Shown: positions 46,801 to 56,508 of the stretch, one piece after another
Layout: every line of letters begins with the position of its first letter
How positions within the stretch are numbered: position 1 is the stretch's first letter
Notes under the pieces: model-generated
What the model was told of the DNA's origin: nothing
Database searches by the model: none
Seen by the model: only the letters and a program-made list of their open reading frames with translations
Assembly: GCA_029974275.1 (NCBI GenBank)
Contig: JARKSN010000175.1
Location: 1 to 64,000 of the forward strand
Length of the DNA: 64,000 bases
From: Candidatus Hydrogenedentota bacterium
Lineage (GTDB): Bacteria > Hydrogenedentota > Hydrogenedentia > Hydrogenedentales > SLHB01
Direction of reading: 5' to 3'
Position numbers and translations under genes: made by a program

Positions 46801-46930
46801 CAAAACGCCGAAGCAGGTTGCCGAGTGCGATCTGATGGAGGAGAACGACGTCGCTGCGTCGTCACATGGAAACGCCGTGACGTTCTATGTCAAGCCTTTT
46901 GAAATCCGAACCTTCAAAGTGTTTTTTTGA
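43841..46930 (+). CDS. GH38 alpha-mannosidase
   Basis: GHSHIDTAWLWP, WTPDTFGY, GDGGGGP, NQFHDILPG, SLLNDCKYG; alternative start 43832. Confidence 0.95.
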   Translation: MPDFEAARKIEATQVRLRLTEIEQTIYQDKQPLDRVEAVVTGLGRGVEPMPASGWKAFAVPGRWGGRDQTTWFRMKCAVPKAMQGKTLYALFAVGGEALAYVNGKPAQGIDGNHTELLLTEKAKAGQTFTIVLECTPGTWHDVHPFFEKVEVASFNKPAWDFYWDATVALDTWEALPENYAPRRKLLETIKSCVTLVDLQHKEEPAYWRSIETARKALKNALKEFETSYGVGALTLLGHSHIDTAWLWPLRETHRKCGRTFSTVLALMDRYPEYHFTCSQAAQYAWVKKDYPDLYARIKQRVKEGRWDPAGALWVEPDLNVPSGEALVRQVLYGKRFFRKEFGIDPKVAWTPDTFGYCWALPQILTRAQVTHFVTSKLRWGSKFTEFPYHLWEWEGTDGSRIMASMPYDYNNKPFPKNLLYQWESFHQKDKVDEFLFPFGWGDGGGGPTASMIEHGKRLGNRVGIPKATFGRALDALDRIRKQADETGLPVWNGELYYEYHRGCQTTQARTKRHNRKCELLLRATEFFSSLALLNGGGYDQATIEEAWKIVLTNQFHDILPGTSIREVYETTEKHYAQAQAMLGDVRAKALSRLVKKIDTSGEGAPILLFNNLSWQRSDVVQASVALPKGAFGVCDQEGRPVPHQIVGENALLIEAHDLPPMGYAVYRLVPGGDEAEASGLLSATSKGMENDFVKFSFDKRGTVVGLYDKTAQRDVFPKGQPGNVLQLFDDRPHAWDAWDIDHNFEEVQWEPKPAESITVVETGPVRAAVRIVRKTERSIITQDVTLYANSPRIDFVTHVDWHEKRVLMKAAFPIDVRSSRAAYEIQFGVIERPTHRNREADVAQFEVTGHKWADVSEGDYGVSLLNDCKYGYDVHENVMRLSLLRATQVPDEAADQGEHRFTYSLLPHLGDWRTNTVQMGHELNSPVLAFEAPGSKGPLPPVDSYVSVDVENVIVDTVKRAEDSDAVIVRVYEAYGQRGPARISFHKTPKQVAECDLMEENDVAASSHGNAVTFYVKPFEIRTFKVFF

Positions 46931-47030
46931 GAGATTGGGTCATCTTCTCGATGCGCGGCGGCGGCCTTGAGAGCGGCGGCCCTGCATGGGCGGGGCCGAC
47001 GTCTCCGCAGACGCGGGATGACGGGTCGGG

Positions 47031-48191
47031 TCATATGTTCTTGCAGCGGATGTCGATCTGCTCTTGGGCGGAAAGGTCCATTTCCACGGTTTCCGGCAAG
47101 GCGCGTCCGTGTTCGTCGTGGGTCAGCGCAATCCATGGACGATCCAGCGCGTTCCGGTTGACTTGGGTGACGACGCCCGAATAATTTCGGTATTTCCCGC
47201 CCCGGACAATCACTTCGATGCCCAGCGGGTACGCCGGAACGAGGCGCAAAAACACCGACACGACGGCCCTGTTTAGGATCGGCCCGGCCATGTCCCGAAT
47301 GGAAGCGACGGCTTCGTCGGGAAGCACCGGAGCCGCCGACTCGGCGCCGCTTAACAGCCGGTCGTACGTGTTGGCGACGGCCACGATCTCTCCGATCAAC
47401 GTCGGTATCGGAGCCGGCAGATTGCGGTCGCGCTCTATTTTGTTGCCGCCGACGGTCCCCCGCGGCTGCCCGGAGCCGTCCTGGTGCTCGTGATGCTCCA
47501 GCGCCACATGAGGCGCGAGAATGTCGGGGTTGTCGGTGGCCTTGAGCAACTCGAACCCGAGCAGGGTGTGTTGGCGCAGCCGTCGCGTCTCGGCGACGCC
47601 CGGCTCGACGAACACCATGCCGATATCATGAAGCAAAGCGCCCATGGCGAGCTGCTTCAGCTTCACGGTATTCAACCCCACGTTTTGTCCGATCATGATG
47701 GAGATGACGCAGACGTCGATCGAGTGTTCGTAGAGTTTCGAATTCGCGGATTTGATTGAGGTAAGCCCGGTCAGCGTGCTGTGGTTGAGCACTTCCTCCA
47801 TGATGTTTGTCACAAGACTGGAGACCTTCCCCAGCGCGCCGCTGGAGGACATCAGCGTCTTCACGGAGTCCGATTGGATCGCGTTCTTGACATCCGCCAT
47901 CGATCGGCCGCGCAAATCCGCGAATTCCTTTTCGATGGACGAGTAGCACTCTTGCACCGCCTTGAGCGCCCGGGTGCGCAGCAAGGGCGTTATGTCTTCT
48001 TCGGGCTCGACATCGACAAGCGATTCCGGGTCCTTGACGTACAGGCGCGAGTAGCCTTTCGCGATCAGCGCGTCGATATACGCTTGGGTGAGTTGCACGC
48101 CGCTGTTCAGAAGCACCATGCCGTTCTCGTCCGTGAGCGGACGCCCAATAATGAATCCCGGTTTCAGGCGTTCGACGTTGACGATACGCAT
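47031..48191 (-). CDS. HD-GYP domain protein with variant motifs
   Basis: EHSIDV, LLHDIG, HHEHQDGSGQPRG, VANTYD. Confidence 0.88.
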   Translation of the reverse strand: MRIVNVERLKPGFIIGRPLTDENGMVLLNSGVQLTQAYIDALIAKGYSRLYVKDPESLVDVEPEEDITPLLRTRALKAVQECYSSIEKEFADLRGRSMADVKNAIQSDSVKTLMSSSGALGKVSSLVTNIMEEVLNHSTLTGLTSIKSANSKLYEHSIDVCVISIMIGQNVGLNTVKLKQLAMGALLHDIGMVFVEPGVAETRRLRQHTLLGFELLKATDNPDILAPHVALEHHEHQDGSGQPRGTVGGNKIERDRNLPAPIPTLIGEIVAVANTYDRLLSGAESAAPVLPDEAVASIRDMAGPILNRAVVSVFLRLVPAYPLGIEVIVRGGKYRNYSGVVTQVNRNALDRPWIALTHDEHGRALPETVEMDLSAQEQIDIRCKNI

Positions 48192-48439
48192 CCACTGCCT
48201 CCGTTGGCTCGCATGTCGTTGCTTTCCAAGAAACGCAAGGGCGCATCCATGTGACGCATCCCGATGGTTCCGGCAAGGATGTTGGCATAGCGCGAGGCGC
48301 TTTTCAATCCAACCGCGTTTCGTAGAAGATCCTCGCGACGCGCACGCAAGGCCCGGAAAGGCTTCCGGGGGAGTTTTATTGCCGGCCCGGTTCGCGTACC
48401 ATGTCTTTGGCAGGATGGATGCAACACGAGGACACCGGG

Positions 48440-49219
48440 ATGGACGCCGTCAAATTGCGAGATTTGCTGGAGGCTGTCGCTGCGGGCGAAATGGCCGCGG
48501 CCGACGCGATGGAACGTCTGCGCACGTTGCCGTTCGAGGACATCGGCTTCGCGAAGATCGATCACCACCGCGCCTTGCGCAAAGGATACCCTGAAACCAT
48601 CTTCTGTTCGGGAAAGACTCCCGAGCAAGTCGTCACGATCGTTTCACGCATGCGGGAGCGCGACACGAATATCCTCGCGACGCGGTGCAGCCCGGAGGTC
48701 GTTCGCGCCGTGCTCAAGGTTCATCCGGACGCCGAGCACCACGAATTGGCCCGCGCCATTCGCATCACCGTATCGCGGCCGGAACCGCTCAGCGGCTATG
48801 TCGCGATCGTATGCGCGGGCACTTCGGACTTGCCCGTGGCGGAAGAAGCGGCGGTCACGTGCGAGGCCGTCGGGGGGTGCGTCAAGCGCGTGTACGACGT
48901 GGGGGTGGCGGGCATTCACCGGTTGCTGAACCAGCACGAATTGCTCAACAACGCCAACGCTCTTGTCGTGTGCGCAGGCATGGAAGGCGCCTTGCCAAGC
49001 GTGATTGCCGGGTTTGTCGAGACCCCCGTGATAGCCGTGCCTACGAGCGTGGGGTATGGGGCGAATTTCGGCGGTCTTGCGCCGCTGTTGACGATGCTGA
49101 ACTCGTGCGCCTCCGGCATTGCCGTCGTCAATATCGACAACGGCTTTGGGGCGGGAATCTACGCCGCGACCCTTTGCCGCATGATCGATCGCAACAGGCC
49201 GCCCGCTACGACTGCATGA
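48440..49219 (+). CDS. larB: Nickel-pincer cofactor biosynthesis protein LarB (PurE-like)
   Basis: DHHRALRKGYPETIFCSGKT, AGTSDLPVAEEA, DVGVAGIHRL, AGMEGAL, VVNIDNGFGA. Confidence 0.93.
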   Translation: MDAVKLRDLLEAVAAGEMAAADAMERLRTLPFEDIGFAKIDHHRALRKGYPETIFCSGKTPEQVVTIVSRMRERDTNILATRCSPEVVRAVLKVHPDAEHHELARAIRITVSRPEPLSGYVAIVCAGTSDLPVAEEAAVTCEAVGGCVKRVYDVGVAGIHRLLNQHELLNNANALVVCAGMEGALPSVIAGFVETPVIAVPTSVGYGANFGGLAPLLTMLNSCASGIAVVNIDNGFGAGIYAATLCRMIDRNRPPATTA

Positions 49220-50372
49220 GGGCGATCGCCCGGTCGATTTCTTCGTCGGTATTGTAGAAGTGCGGCGAAAAACGGATGAACGCTTGCCCGAGCCGATTGT
49301 GCCGCAGCGACACGCTGACTCCCCCCGCGTCGAGTTCGCGGACGATTGCCGCGAGGTCGCGCGTCGGATGCGACACGCTCACGATTCCAGATAGACGGCG
49401 ATCGGCGTCGGGCGTATCCGCGTCAAGCAGCGGCTGGTATCCCAAAGGCCGAAGTCGATCGACAAGCGCCCCGCGCAATTCCAGCAGGCGCTGTCCGATG
49501 GCGTCGATGCCGATGTCGAGCAACAGCCGCATTGACGCCAGCATGCCGGCAATGCCGGGAATGTTCAGGATGCCGGGTTCGTACCGGCGGCCTCCGGTCT
49601 CGAATTGGATGGCGTCCTGCGCGACGAATTGTGGCGACACGACGTTCCACGATCCGACCAATGCCGGGCGTAACCGTTCGCGGCACGCCGTTTTTACGTA
49701 GAAAATGCCCGCGCCGCAGGGACCCAGGAGCCACTTGTGCGAGTCCGCGCTGAGGAAATCGACATGCTCGACGGACAACGGAAACGCGCCCAGCGTCTGA
49801 ATGGCGTCGAGGCAAAAGAGGATGCCGCGATCGTGTAAGCGCCGCCCGATGCCATCGACATCGATACGGCATCCACTGAGGAAATGACACGAGGCCAAGG
49901 CGACGAGTCGCGTCCGCGGCGTGAGCGCCGCTTCGACGTCTTCCCACGCGATCGCGCCGGGGACCGGCGAATGCAACGGCACGGGCGCGACGCCGAGGTT
50001 TTCGAGCGCCGCCCACGGGTATACATTCGCGGGATAGTCCTCGCGGCAATATACGACTTCATCGCCGGGCCGCCAATCGAGCCCAAGGGCCACCAGATTC
50101 AGGCCCAGCGATGTCGGCCCCAGCAACGATATTTCGTCCTCCGACGCCCCCAGCAACGCCGCCGCCGCCTGGCGCGCTTCCCGCACCTTGGCCCATGCCC
50201 ACGCGCTTTCCTGGCCATCTTCTGCGCCGCGCCGCGCGAAATCCCGCAACGCCTCCGCCGCAACCCTGGGCAACGGCGCGACTCCCGCATGCGCGAAAAA
50301 AACGCGATGCGCCGCAACCGGAAACATCCGGCGCCGCTCCGGCTCATTGTGGACAAAACTCAGGCCCGGCAT
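49206..50372 (-). CDS. Class V PLP-dependent aminotransferase-fold enzyme
   Basis: HAGVAP, DAIQTLG, ADSHKWLLGP, RYEPG, IRFSPHFYN. Confidence 0.9.
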   Translation of the reverse strand: MPGLSFVHNEPERRRMFPVAAHRVFFAHAGVAPLPRVAAEALRDFARRGAEDGQESAWAWAKVREARQAAAALLGASEDEISLLGPTSLGLNLVALGLDWRPGDEVVYCREDYPANVYPWAALENLGVAPVPLHSPVPGAIAWEDVEAALTPRTRLVALASCHFLSGCRIDVDGIGRRLHDRGILFCLDAIQTLGAFPLSVEHVDFLSADSHKWLLGPCGAGIFYVKTACRERLRPALVGSWNVVSPQFVAQDAIQFETGGRRYEPGILNIPGIAGMLASMRLLLDIGIDAIGQRLLELRGALVDRLRPLGYQPLLDADTPDADRRLSGIVSVSHPTRDLAAIVRELDAGGVSVSLRHNRLGQAFIRFSPHFYNTDEEIDRAIALMQS

Positions 50373-50397
50373 GGTCCGCTTTTCCCTTCGCGCCGTC

Positions 50398-51726
50398 TCA
50401 CGGCACGATCTCCCCTTCGAGCCAATGCCCGCGATGCCCGGTGATGCGGACCGAAACGAAATCGCCGATTTCGAGATGCGGTGCATATGCCGTCACAGGG
50501 CGATAGCCTTCGGTGCGGCCGTTCAGATAGCCGCGTTTTTTCGCATGCGCGCCGTCGAGGAGCAATTCCTGCACGCTGCCGACAAGCCGTTGCGAATCCT
50601 CGGCCTCGATGCGCGTCTGCAAATCAATCACGCGTTGCAGGCGATCCTCTTTTACGGCGCGCGGCACGTCGTCCGGCCATTTCGCGGCGCGCGTGCCGGG
50701 CCGAGGCGAGTACTTGAACGAAAAGAGCTGACTAAAGCGCACCTCTTCGAGCACGCGCAACGTCCCTTCAAAATCCTCCTCGGTTTCCGAAGGAAATCCG
50801 ACGATCAGATCGGTGGTCAACTCGATGCGGGGCATCGCCGCGCGCAGATACCGGACTTTATCGAGGTACTCGCCGATGGTGTGCTGCCGGTTCATCCGTT
50901 CCAGCACGCGGTCCGAACCCGCCTGGAACGGCAGATGAAGATGATTGCAGACCGCCGGCCGCGCCGCCATCAGGTCCGACAGCGCGTTGTTCCAGCCGTT
51001 CGGGTGCGGCGAAGTGAAGCGCAGGCGCCGGAGTCCCTCGACCTCCGACACCGCGTCGAGCAACTCGTAAAAGCCGCAGCCGCCCGCCTGATAGCGGTTC
51101 ACGTTCTGTCCCAGGAGCCATATTTCCTTGGCTCCGTTTTGAACGAGACGGCGCACCTCGCGCAGGATGTTGCCGGGATCGCGGCTGACTTCGCGGCCAC
51201 GGGTCTTGGGAACGATGCAGAACGAGCAGAAGTTGTCGCAGCCGCGCGTAATCGCGACGTACGCCCGGCAGCCCTCGACACGTCCCGATTCGACGTATTC
51301 CTCGGGAATGAAATTGACGATGCGATCCGGAGGCCGACCGGCCCATTCGGTCATCAGGACGCGCGCGCCCGCTTGCGCCTGCGCAATCATCTCGGGCAGA
51401 TGAAAAAAATGGTCCGGTCCGAAGACGATATCGACCGCCTTCTCGCGGGCGAGGATCGCCTCTCCCTCTTGCTGGGCCACGCATCCGCCAACGCCGATGA
51501 CAAGAGCCGGGTTCGCCGCTTTCAGTTTGCGCAAGCGGCCAAGTTCGCTGTACACCTTGTTCTCGGGGTTGTGCCGTACCGAACAGGTGTTCAGCAAGAT
51601 GACGGTCGCTTCGGCGGCTTCCTGGGTCATCTCGTAGCCATTCCGGATGAGGACTTCGCGCATCCGCTGGCTGTCATGTTCGTTCATCTGACAGCCGAAG
51701 GTTTGTATGTACGCCTTTTCCGCCAC
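50398..51726 (-). CDS. miaB: tRNA 2-methylthio-N6-isopentenyladenosine methylthiotransferase
   Basis: TFGCQMNEHDS, NTCSVR, GCVAQ, GCDNFCSFC, DLIVGFPSET, TRAM C-terminus. Confidence 0.95.
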   Translation of the reverse strand: MAEKAYIQTFGCQMNEHDSQRMREVLIRNGYEMTQEAAEATVILLNTCSVRHNPENKVYSELGRLRKLKAANPALVIGVGGCVAQQEGEAILAREKAVDIVFGPDHFFHLPEMIAQAQAGARVLMTEWAGRPPDRIVNFIPEEYVESGRVEGCRAYVAITRGCDNFCSFCIVPKTRGREVSRDPGNILREVRRLVQNGAKEIWLLGQNVNRYQAGGCGFYELLDAVSEVEGLRRLRFTSPHPNGWNNALSDLMAARPAVCNHLHLPFQAGSDRVLERMNRQHTIGEYLDKVRYLRAAMPRIELTTDLIVGFPSETEEDFEGTLRVLEEVRFSQLFSFKYSPRPGTRAAKWPDDVPRAVKEDRLQRVIDLQTRIEAEDSQRLVGSVQELLLDGAHAKKRGYLNGRTEGYRPVTAYAPHLEIGDFVSVRITGHRGHWLEGEIVP

Positions 51727-51938
51727 GGTTCACTCCGCTGAATTTCTCATTTCCCGCCGTTTCTCCGGCGCGGCGCCGCGCGCGGGAACGGCGCTTCCGT
51801 GCAGGTGTTGCGAAAAAGTCCGGAAAGCGACGGACACATGTCCCAACCGGCAAGCCTATGCGGCGGGGGCGCATTTTTCGAGAACGCCCGATCGACAGGA
51901 TGCAGGACGCGGCAATCCAGACGTTTTTCCGGCGACCG

Positions 51939-52613
51939 TCAGGTGATCCCGTTGCGGACGGCCCATTCGACGGCGACTTGCACCAGTTGGTTGCCGTCTT
52001 CGATGCCGAGCTTTTCCTTGATGCGGCTTCGAAACGTCTCGACGGTCTTGATGCCGACATTCAGGGTTTCGGCAATGCGGCGCGTGCCGAGACCCCGCCC
52101 CAGCAGACGGAACACCTCGAATTCGCGGTCGCTCAACTGTTCGATCATCGATTCCGAATAGCGCGTCCTCCGCGTTCCGTCACCCGACAAGATTTGGCTG
52201 TTCATGTTTTCGCTGAGGTACACGCCGCCGTTGAGCACGCAGCGAAGGGCCCGGATCATCTCCGAATCCACTTCCTGTTTCATGATATAGCCCTTGGCGC
52301 CGGCCCGCAACACGCGTTCCGTGTAGAGACCTTCATCGTGCATGGACACGACCAGCATGAGAACGCCCGGAAATTGGCGCTTGATCTCGCGGATCAGGTC
52401 TATGCCGCTGATCGAGTCTTTCAGGCTCAGATCGATGATGGCCAAATCCGGACGGCAATTCTCGATCTGCCGCAGCGCTTCTTCGGCCGTTTCCGCTTCG
52501 CCGCAGACAATCATGTCCCGCTGTTGGTTGATGAGCGTGGCGAATCCGCGCCGCACAATGCTGTGATCATCCACCACCAGAATTCGCTGTTTTTGTTCTT
52601 CCACCGTTTCCAT
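51939..52613 (-). CDS. NarL/LuxR-family response regulator
   Basis: VVDDH, IIDLSL, GAKGYIMK, LSDREFEVF...KTVETFRSRIKEKL. Confidence 0.95.
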   Translation of the reverse strand: METVEEQKQRILVVDDHSIVRRGFATLINQQRDMIVCGEAETAEEALRQIENCRPDLAIIDLSLKDSISGIDLIREIKRQFPGVLMLVVSMHDEGLYTERVLRAGAKGYIMKQEVDSEMIRALRCVLNGGVYLSENMNSQILSGDGTRRTRYSESMIEQLSDREFEVFRLLGRGLGTRRIAETLNVGIKTVETFRSRIKEKLGIEDGNQLVQVAVEWAVRNGIT

Positions 52614-52664
52614 TACCGTTTCGTTGCCTTTCCTTCGCCGAGCGCCGGATTGAACCGGGCAGCC

Positions 52665-54626
52665 TCAGGCATTCCCTGTCGCATTCCCAACGGCGCCGTC
52701 GCTTTCCACGCAACACGTCACCCGGGTTCCCCCGCTGGGATTCGGATCGATTGTCAGCGAGGCGCCTATCATCCTAGCGCGATACTCCATATTTCGCAAG
52801 CCCATGCCCCTGCCCCGGCTGCCGTCGTCCTTGGGAAGGCCGATGCCGTCGTCCCGGATGGCCAAGAGCGTTCGCCGCCCTTGGGTTTCCAAGGTGATGA
52901 TTATTTGCTCGGATTTTGCATGTTTCACAGCGTTGTTGACGGCTTCCTGGGTGATCCGATACAACTGTTCCTCGACGATTTTGCTGTGGACGGTCCGGTA
53001 TTGACGCGCTTCGAGCACGCAGGCCGTCTTGAAAATTTCGCGCGTTCTCCGGGCAAGGTCTTCCAGCGCGGTGGGAAGGCCATGCTGTTCGAGGATGACG
53101 GGGCTCAGTCCGCGCGCGAGCGATCGGGTTTGGGCGATGGCCTGCTTCACGAGGAGCGCTATTTCCGCCGCGTCCTGCGCCTCTTTGATGCCGCGTTCCG
53201 TCAAGCTGTTCACCATGCCCATGCTCAGGCACAAAATGCCCGTAAGTTGCTGCCCCAGGCCATCGTGCAGGTCCTGTCCGATGCGTTGTTGCTCCTGGGT
53301 GCTGACGTCGAGCACTTCCCGTTCCAGGCGAATGCGTTCCGTGTTGTCGCGCACGATGACCAACACTTCGTCGGGGCCGCTCATCACGAAACGCGCCTCC
53401 AGATAGGCCACTTCTCCCGCTGTGGGGCGGACGAATTCGAGCACCTGCACCCTGCCCGTGTCCACGGCGCGCCGGTAACAGATCATGGCCTGCCGCCCCA
53501 GATCGCCCGGCAACAGATGCTCGGCGCGCTTTATCGCCTTGTCCTCGATCGCCGTATCGGCGGAGGTTGCGAGGGGAGTCTCGCGGAGATCGATCACATA
53601 TCCATTTTCGAAGAGCACATACATGAGATCGGGGATGGCATGGAGCAGGGCGCGATGGCGCGCCTCGCTTTCGCGGATGGCCTGTTCGGCCGACTTGGTT
53701 TCGGTCACGTCCCGCAATGTTCCCACGATGGCCGTCGCGCGTCCTGTTTCGTTTCGGATGACGTTCCAAGTCTCGCTGGCCCATCGGTATTCCCCGGATT
53801 TGACCTGAATCCGGTATTCGATCGGCATGAGGGGCGTGGCGGGCGCGGAATCGTCGATGGCTTGTTTGAAATGGGCATAGCGGCGATCGCGGTCTTCTGG
53901 ATGCACCCGATGCGAGACGCCTCGTGTTCCCATCGCGGCCACTTCCGCCGCAGAGAACCCGAACAATTGCTCGCTCGAAGGGCTCATGTATTCGTATGCC
54001 CGCGTGTCCAAATTGAGCTCGAATATGATGTCTTTCGAGTTCTCAAGCACTCGCCGGAACCGGCTTTCGCTCTCGCGCAGCGCCCGTTCCGCGCGTTCCC
54101 GTTCGGCGGCTTCCCGCAGCAACTGCTGCCGGTCCTGGGCAAGGGCCTGTTCGGTTCGGAACGCGGCAAACAAGGCCTCATAAAAACCCAGCAACAGGAA
54201 CATCACGCCCGTGATGACTGCAAAATTTTTCAGATAAACGTAGGGGCCGCCCCGTTGAAAGAACGCGGGCATCACCTCGGCCCGGTACACCCCGTACGCT
54301 ACGTCAAGCCCTTGGGGAATCGCCAGGAGAACAGTCGCCGCGAGCAATAGCTTCAACACGCTCCCGAAACGGGCCACCCGATAGCTCACGTACACGACGA
54401 CGAGGCATAGAAACAGCGTGGCGCCCAGCCCCAACAGATCGCCCCATATGTTCAGGGCAGGATTGAAGCTGGTGAGATAGATGGTGAGGAGTTCCACGCC
54501 GACGCGCCCGAATAGGGAGCCGAAAGCGAGCAGGCGCAGGTTGCGGATATGCCTGTCCGGCATCGGAGAAAAGCGGGCGTCCCGTTCCCACGACATCGAT
54601 GAACTGACCGAGCTGGAGGCGGACAT
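52665..54626 (-). CDS. Membrane PAS-PAS sensor histidine kinase (HisKA_3)
   Basis: Four TM segments, two PAS domains, IGQDLHDGLGQ, EAVNNAVKHA, DDGIG, GMGL, GGTRV. Confidence 0.93.
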   Translation of the reverse strand: MSASSSVSSSMSWERDARFSPMPDRHIRNLRLLAFGSLFGRVGVELLTIYLTSFNPALNIWGDLLGLGATLFLCLVVVYVSYRVARFGSVLKLLLAATVLLAIPQGLDVAYGVYRAEVMPAFFQRGGPYVYLKNFAVITGVMFLLLGFYEALFAAFRTEQALAQDRQQLLREAAERERAERALRESESRFRRVLENSKDIIFELNLDTRAYEYMSPSSEQLFGFSAAEVAAMGTRGVSHRVHPEDRDRRYAHFKQAIDDSAPATPLMPIEYRIQVKSGEYRWASETWNVIRNETGRATAIVGTLRDVTETKSAEQAIRESEARHRALLHAIPDLMYVLFENGYVIDLRETPLATSADTAIEDKAIKRAEHLLPGDLGRQAMICYRRAVDTGRVQVLEFVRPTAGEVAYLEARFVMSGPDEVLVIVRDNTERIRLEREVLDVSTQEQQRIGQDLHDGLGQQLTGILCLSMGMVNSLTERGIKEAQDAAEIALLVKQAIAQTRSLARGLSPVILEQHGLPTALEDLARRTREIFKTACVLEARQYRTVHSKIVEEQLYRITQEAVNNAVKHAKSEQIIITLETQGRRTLLAIRDDGIGLPKDDGSRGRGMGLRNMEYRARMIGASLTIDPNPSGGTRVTCCVESDGAVGNATGNA

Positions 54627-54789
54627 GTCACGAGTCCTTTTGTTTCCGCGCCGCAATGGTCCGCGCGTGGCAGCGATCATTGCTCTCGCGCTTTCGTCGC
54701 ACGCGGCGAGAAATGCGGGCTAGGCGAGGGGCGCGGGCGCCAGTATACCGCAGACGGGCTCTTTCCGGCAATCCGGAGCCGGAATAGAA

Positions 54790-54821
54790 TAAAAAGACGC
54801 CCGGCTCCATAGCCGGGCGTC
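54790..54821 (-). terminator. Rho-independent terminator of the PPIase gene
   Basis: GACGCCCGGCT-4 nt-AGCCGGGCGTC hairpin followed by TTTTT on the minus strand. Confidence 0.85.
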
Positions 54822-54850
54822 GCAACAACAGATCGTGCGCGCGGTTCGGG

Positions 54851-56026
54851 TTAGGCGCCGCCTCCGGCCGCCGCGGCGTCTGAACTGGCAGGGGCCGCGT
54901 CATTCAGCGGCAGCACGACGGAAGGCGCGGGCTCCGTGTCCTTCGGCGTGTAGAGAATTTCAATTTTGGTCTTGGAACGGACCTCTTCGAGCTTCTCTTT
55001 CAATTTTGTCTGGAACAGCGGGCCGCGAGGGTCCCGCATGCCCTGGCGCAATACTTCCTTCGCTTCCTCGTAGGGCACGTCGCCCGCCGGATGCCGGGCG
55101 ATCGTCTTGACGATGTGCCAGCCGTATTTCGTGGTGAAGGGTTGGCTGATCTCGCCAACGGGCGTTTCGAACATCGCCTTCTCGAATTCGGGCACCATCC
55201 GGCCGCGCGGCGTGTCCGAATACAAACCGCCGTTGTCTTTCGAGCCGGGGTCCTCGGAGAGTTCCTTGGCGATCTTGGCGAAATCCTCTTTGCCTTCGGT
55301 CGCCCGTTTGTATGCCGCGTCGATTTTTTCCTTGGCGGCATTCTTGGCGGCTTCGTCGGCGTCTTCTTTCACAAGAACGAGGACATGGGCGACGTCCACG
55401 GTTTCTTCCGGACGCTTCATCTGACCGCCCGCCTTCAGTTCGTCGTACATTTTCTGCACGTCCTCGTCGCTAACCGTAATGCTGTCGGACAGGGTTTTGG
55501 CATACTTGTTCCGGGCGATGCTTTCCCGCATCTTCTCCGGCAACTGTTCGAGGGTGACGTCGGCGGAGGCAAGGCGCGCCTTGAGCTCCTCCTCGGACGC
55601 GAATTGACTCTTGAAATCGTTCAGGTGCGTGGCCAGTTCCTCGTCCGACACTTCGATGTTGGCTTGTTGGACGATCAGCGCGAACAGTTTGCTGTCGATC
55701 ATCTGCTGGATCAGTTGTTTTTCCGCTTCGGCGGTGGGTTTGGGGGCGGCCTCGCCCGGCGATCCTTGCGGGGGGTGCATCATGGGGTTTTTCATCTGAC
55801 TGGCGAGAGCGCGATCGAATTCTTCCTTCGTGATCACCATGTCATTGACTTTCGCCACTATTGTCACGTCATCCCCGCCGGCGCTGGAACCGGCCGCCGG
55901 CGCGGGCGCAGCGGGAGCAGGCGCGGGCGCTTCGTCCGCTGCGAGCACAGCCGGGCCGGCGCACATAAGCAAAACAGCGCCAACCGCGACCCCGATCAGG
56001 GCCTTGGAAAAAAAACGGGTGTTCAT
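54851..56026 (-). CDS. Secreted parvulin-type peptidyl-prolyl isomerase (PrsA/SurA-like foldase)
   Basis: Signal peptide, VAKVN, AHVL, FAKIAKELSEDPGS..GG, MVPEFE, TKYGWHIVK. Confidence 0.93.
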   Translation of the reverse strand: MNTRFFSKALIGVAVGAVLLMCAGPAVLAADEAPAPAPAAPAPAAGSSAGGDDVTIVAKVNDMVITKEEFDRALASQMKNPMMHPPQGSPGEAAPKPTAEAEKQLIQQMIDSKLFALIVQQANIEVSDEELATHLNDFKSQFASEEELKARLASADVTLEQLPEKMRESIARNKYAKTLSDSITVSDEDVQKMYDELKAGGQMKRPEETVDVAHVLVLVKEDADEAAKNAAKEKIDAAYKRATEGKEDFAKIAKELSEDPGSKDNGGLYSDTPRGRMVPEFEKAMFETPVGEISQPFTTKYGWHIVKTIARHPAGDVPYEEAKEVLRQGMRDPRGPLFQTKLKEKLEEVRSKTKIEILYTPKDTEPAPSVVLPLNDAAPASSDAAAAGGGA

Positions 56027-56220
56027 TCATTGTCTCCTGGTTGCATGACTCGTCGAGGGTTCGTTGCGCCGGACATCGGCGCGGCCCTCGGCACACGGGG
56101 CCGATTGTAACACATTTCCCGTGGCGACCCCAATAGATCAACGATGCCCAGTTTTGTAGGGTGCATAAATAAAGGCGTACATGCCGGACCTCGTCTAAAA
56201 TGGGCTCAAGTTGACAAAAC

Positions 56221-56408
56221 GTAAACGTTCTGTGAACGACGTAGCCGCGATGGATGTGCAGCAGGGGATGTCGCGGGGTAGCGTGAGGCTACTGCCTGGA
56301 CGGTGCGTCGAGGTTCGGGAGGATGTCGCGTTTCCAGTGGTCGGGCAGGAGTGGGTGGATTTCTTTGTTGGGATGGGTGGGGATGCGCAGGAAGAGGTCG
56401 CGTAGGCA
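56221..56408 (-). mobile_element. IS66-family right-end remnant (transposase C-terminus plus terminal repeat)
   Basis: LRDLFLRIPTHPNKEIHPLLPDHW matches the IS66 TnpC C-terminal motif; terminus GTAAACGTTCTGTGAAC resembles IS66 GTAAGCG ends. Confidence 0.75.
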
Positions 56409-56508
56409 ACCCAGGTTCCGCAACAATTGCAGCGCCGAGATCTGGCTGATCGCATCCTCGTGGGTCAACGGCGTTGTTGTCGGAAGGAAGATGTGAACGG
56501 TTGGGATA

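Noticed and set aside
48440..49219. Complete nickel-pincer (lar) system
   Set aside because: Only larB is present; larA, larC and larE are not in this window, and dispersed lar genes are common
51858..54350. 830-aa plus-strand ORF, and similar long ORFs such as 27618-30224, 10732-12492 and 13380-15062
   Set aside because: Antisense shadows of well-supported genes in high-GC DNA, with no recognisable motifs
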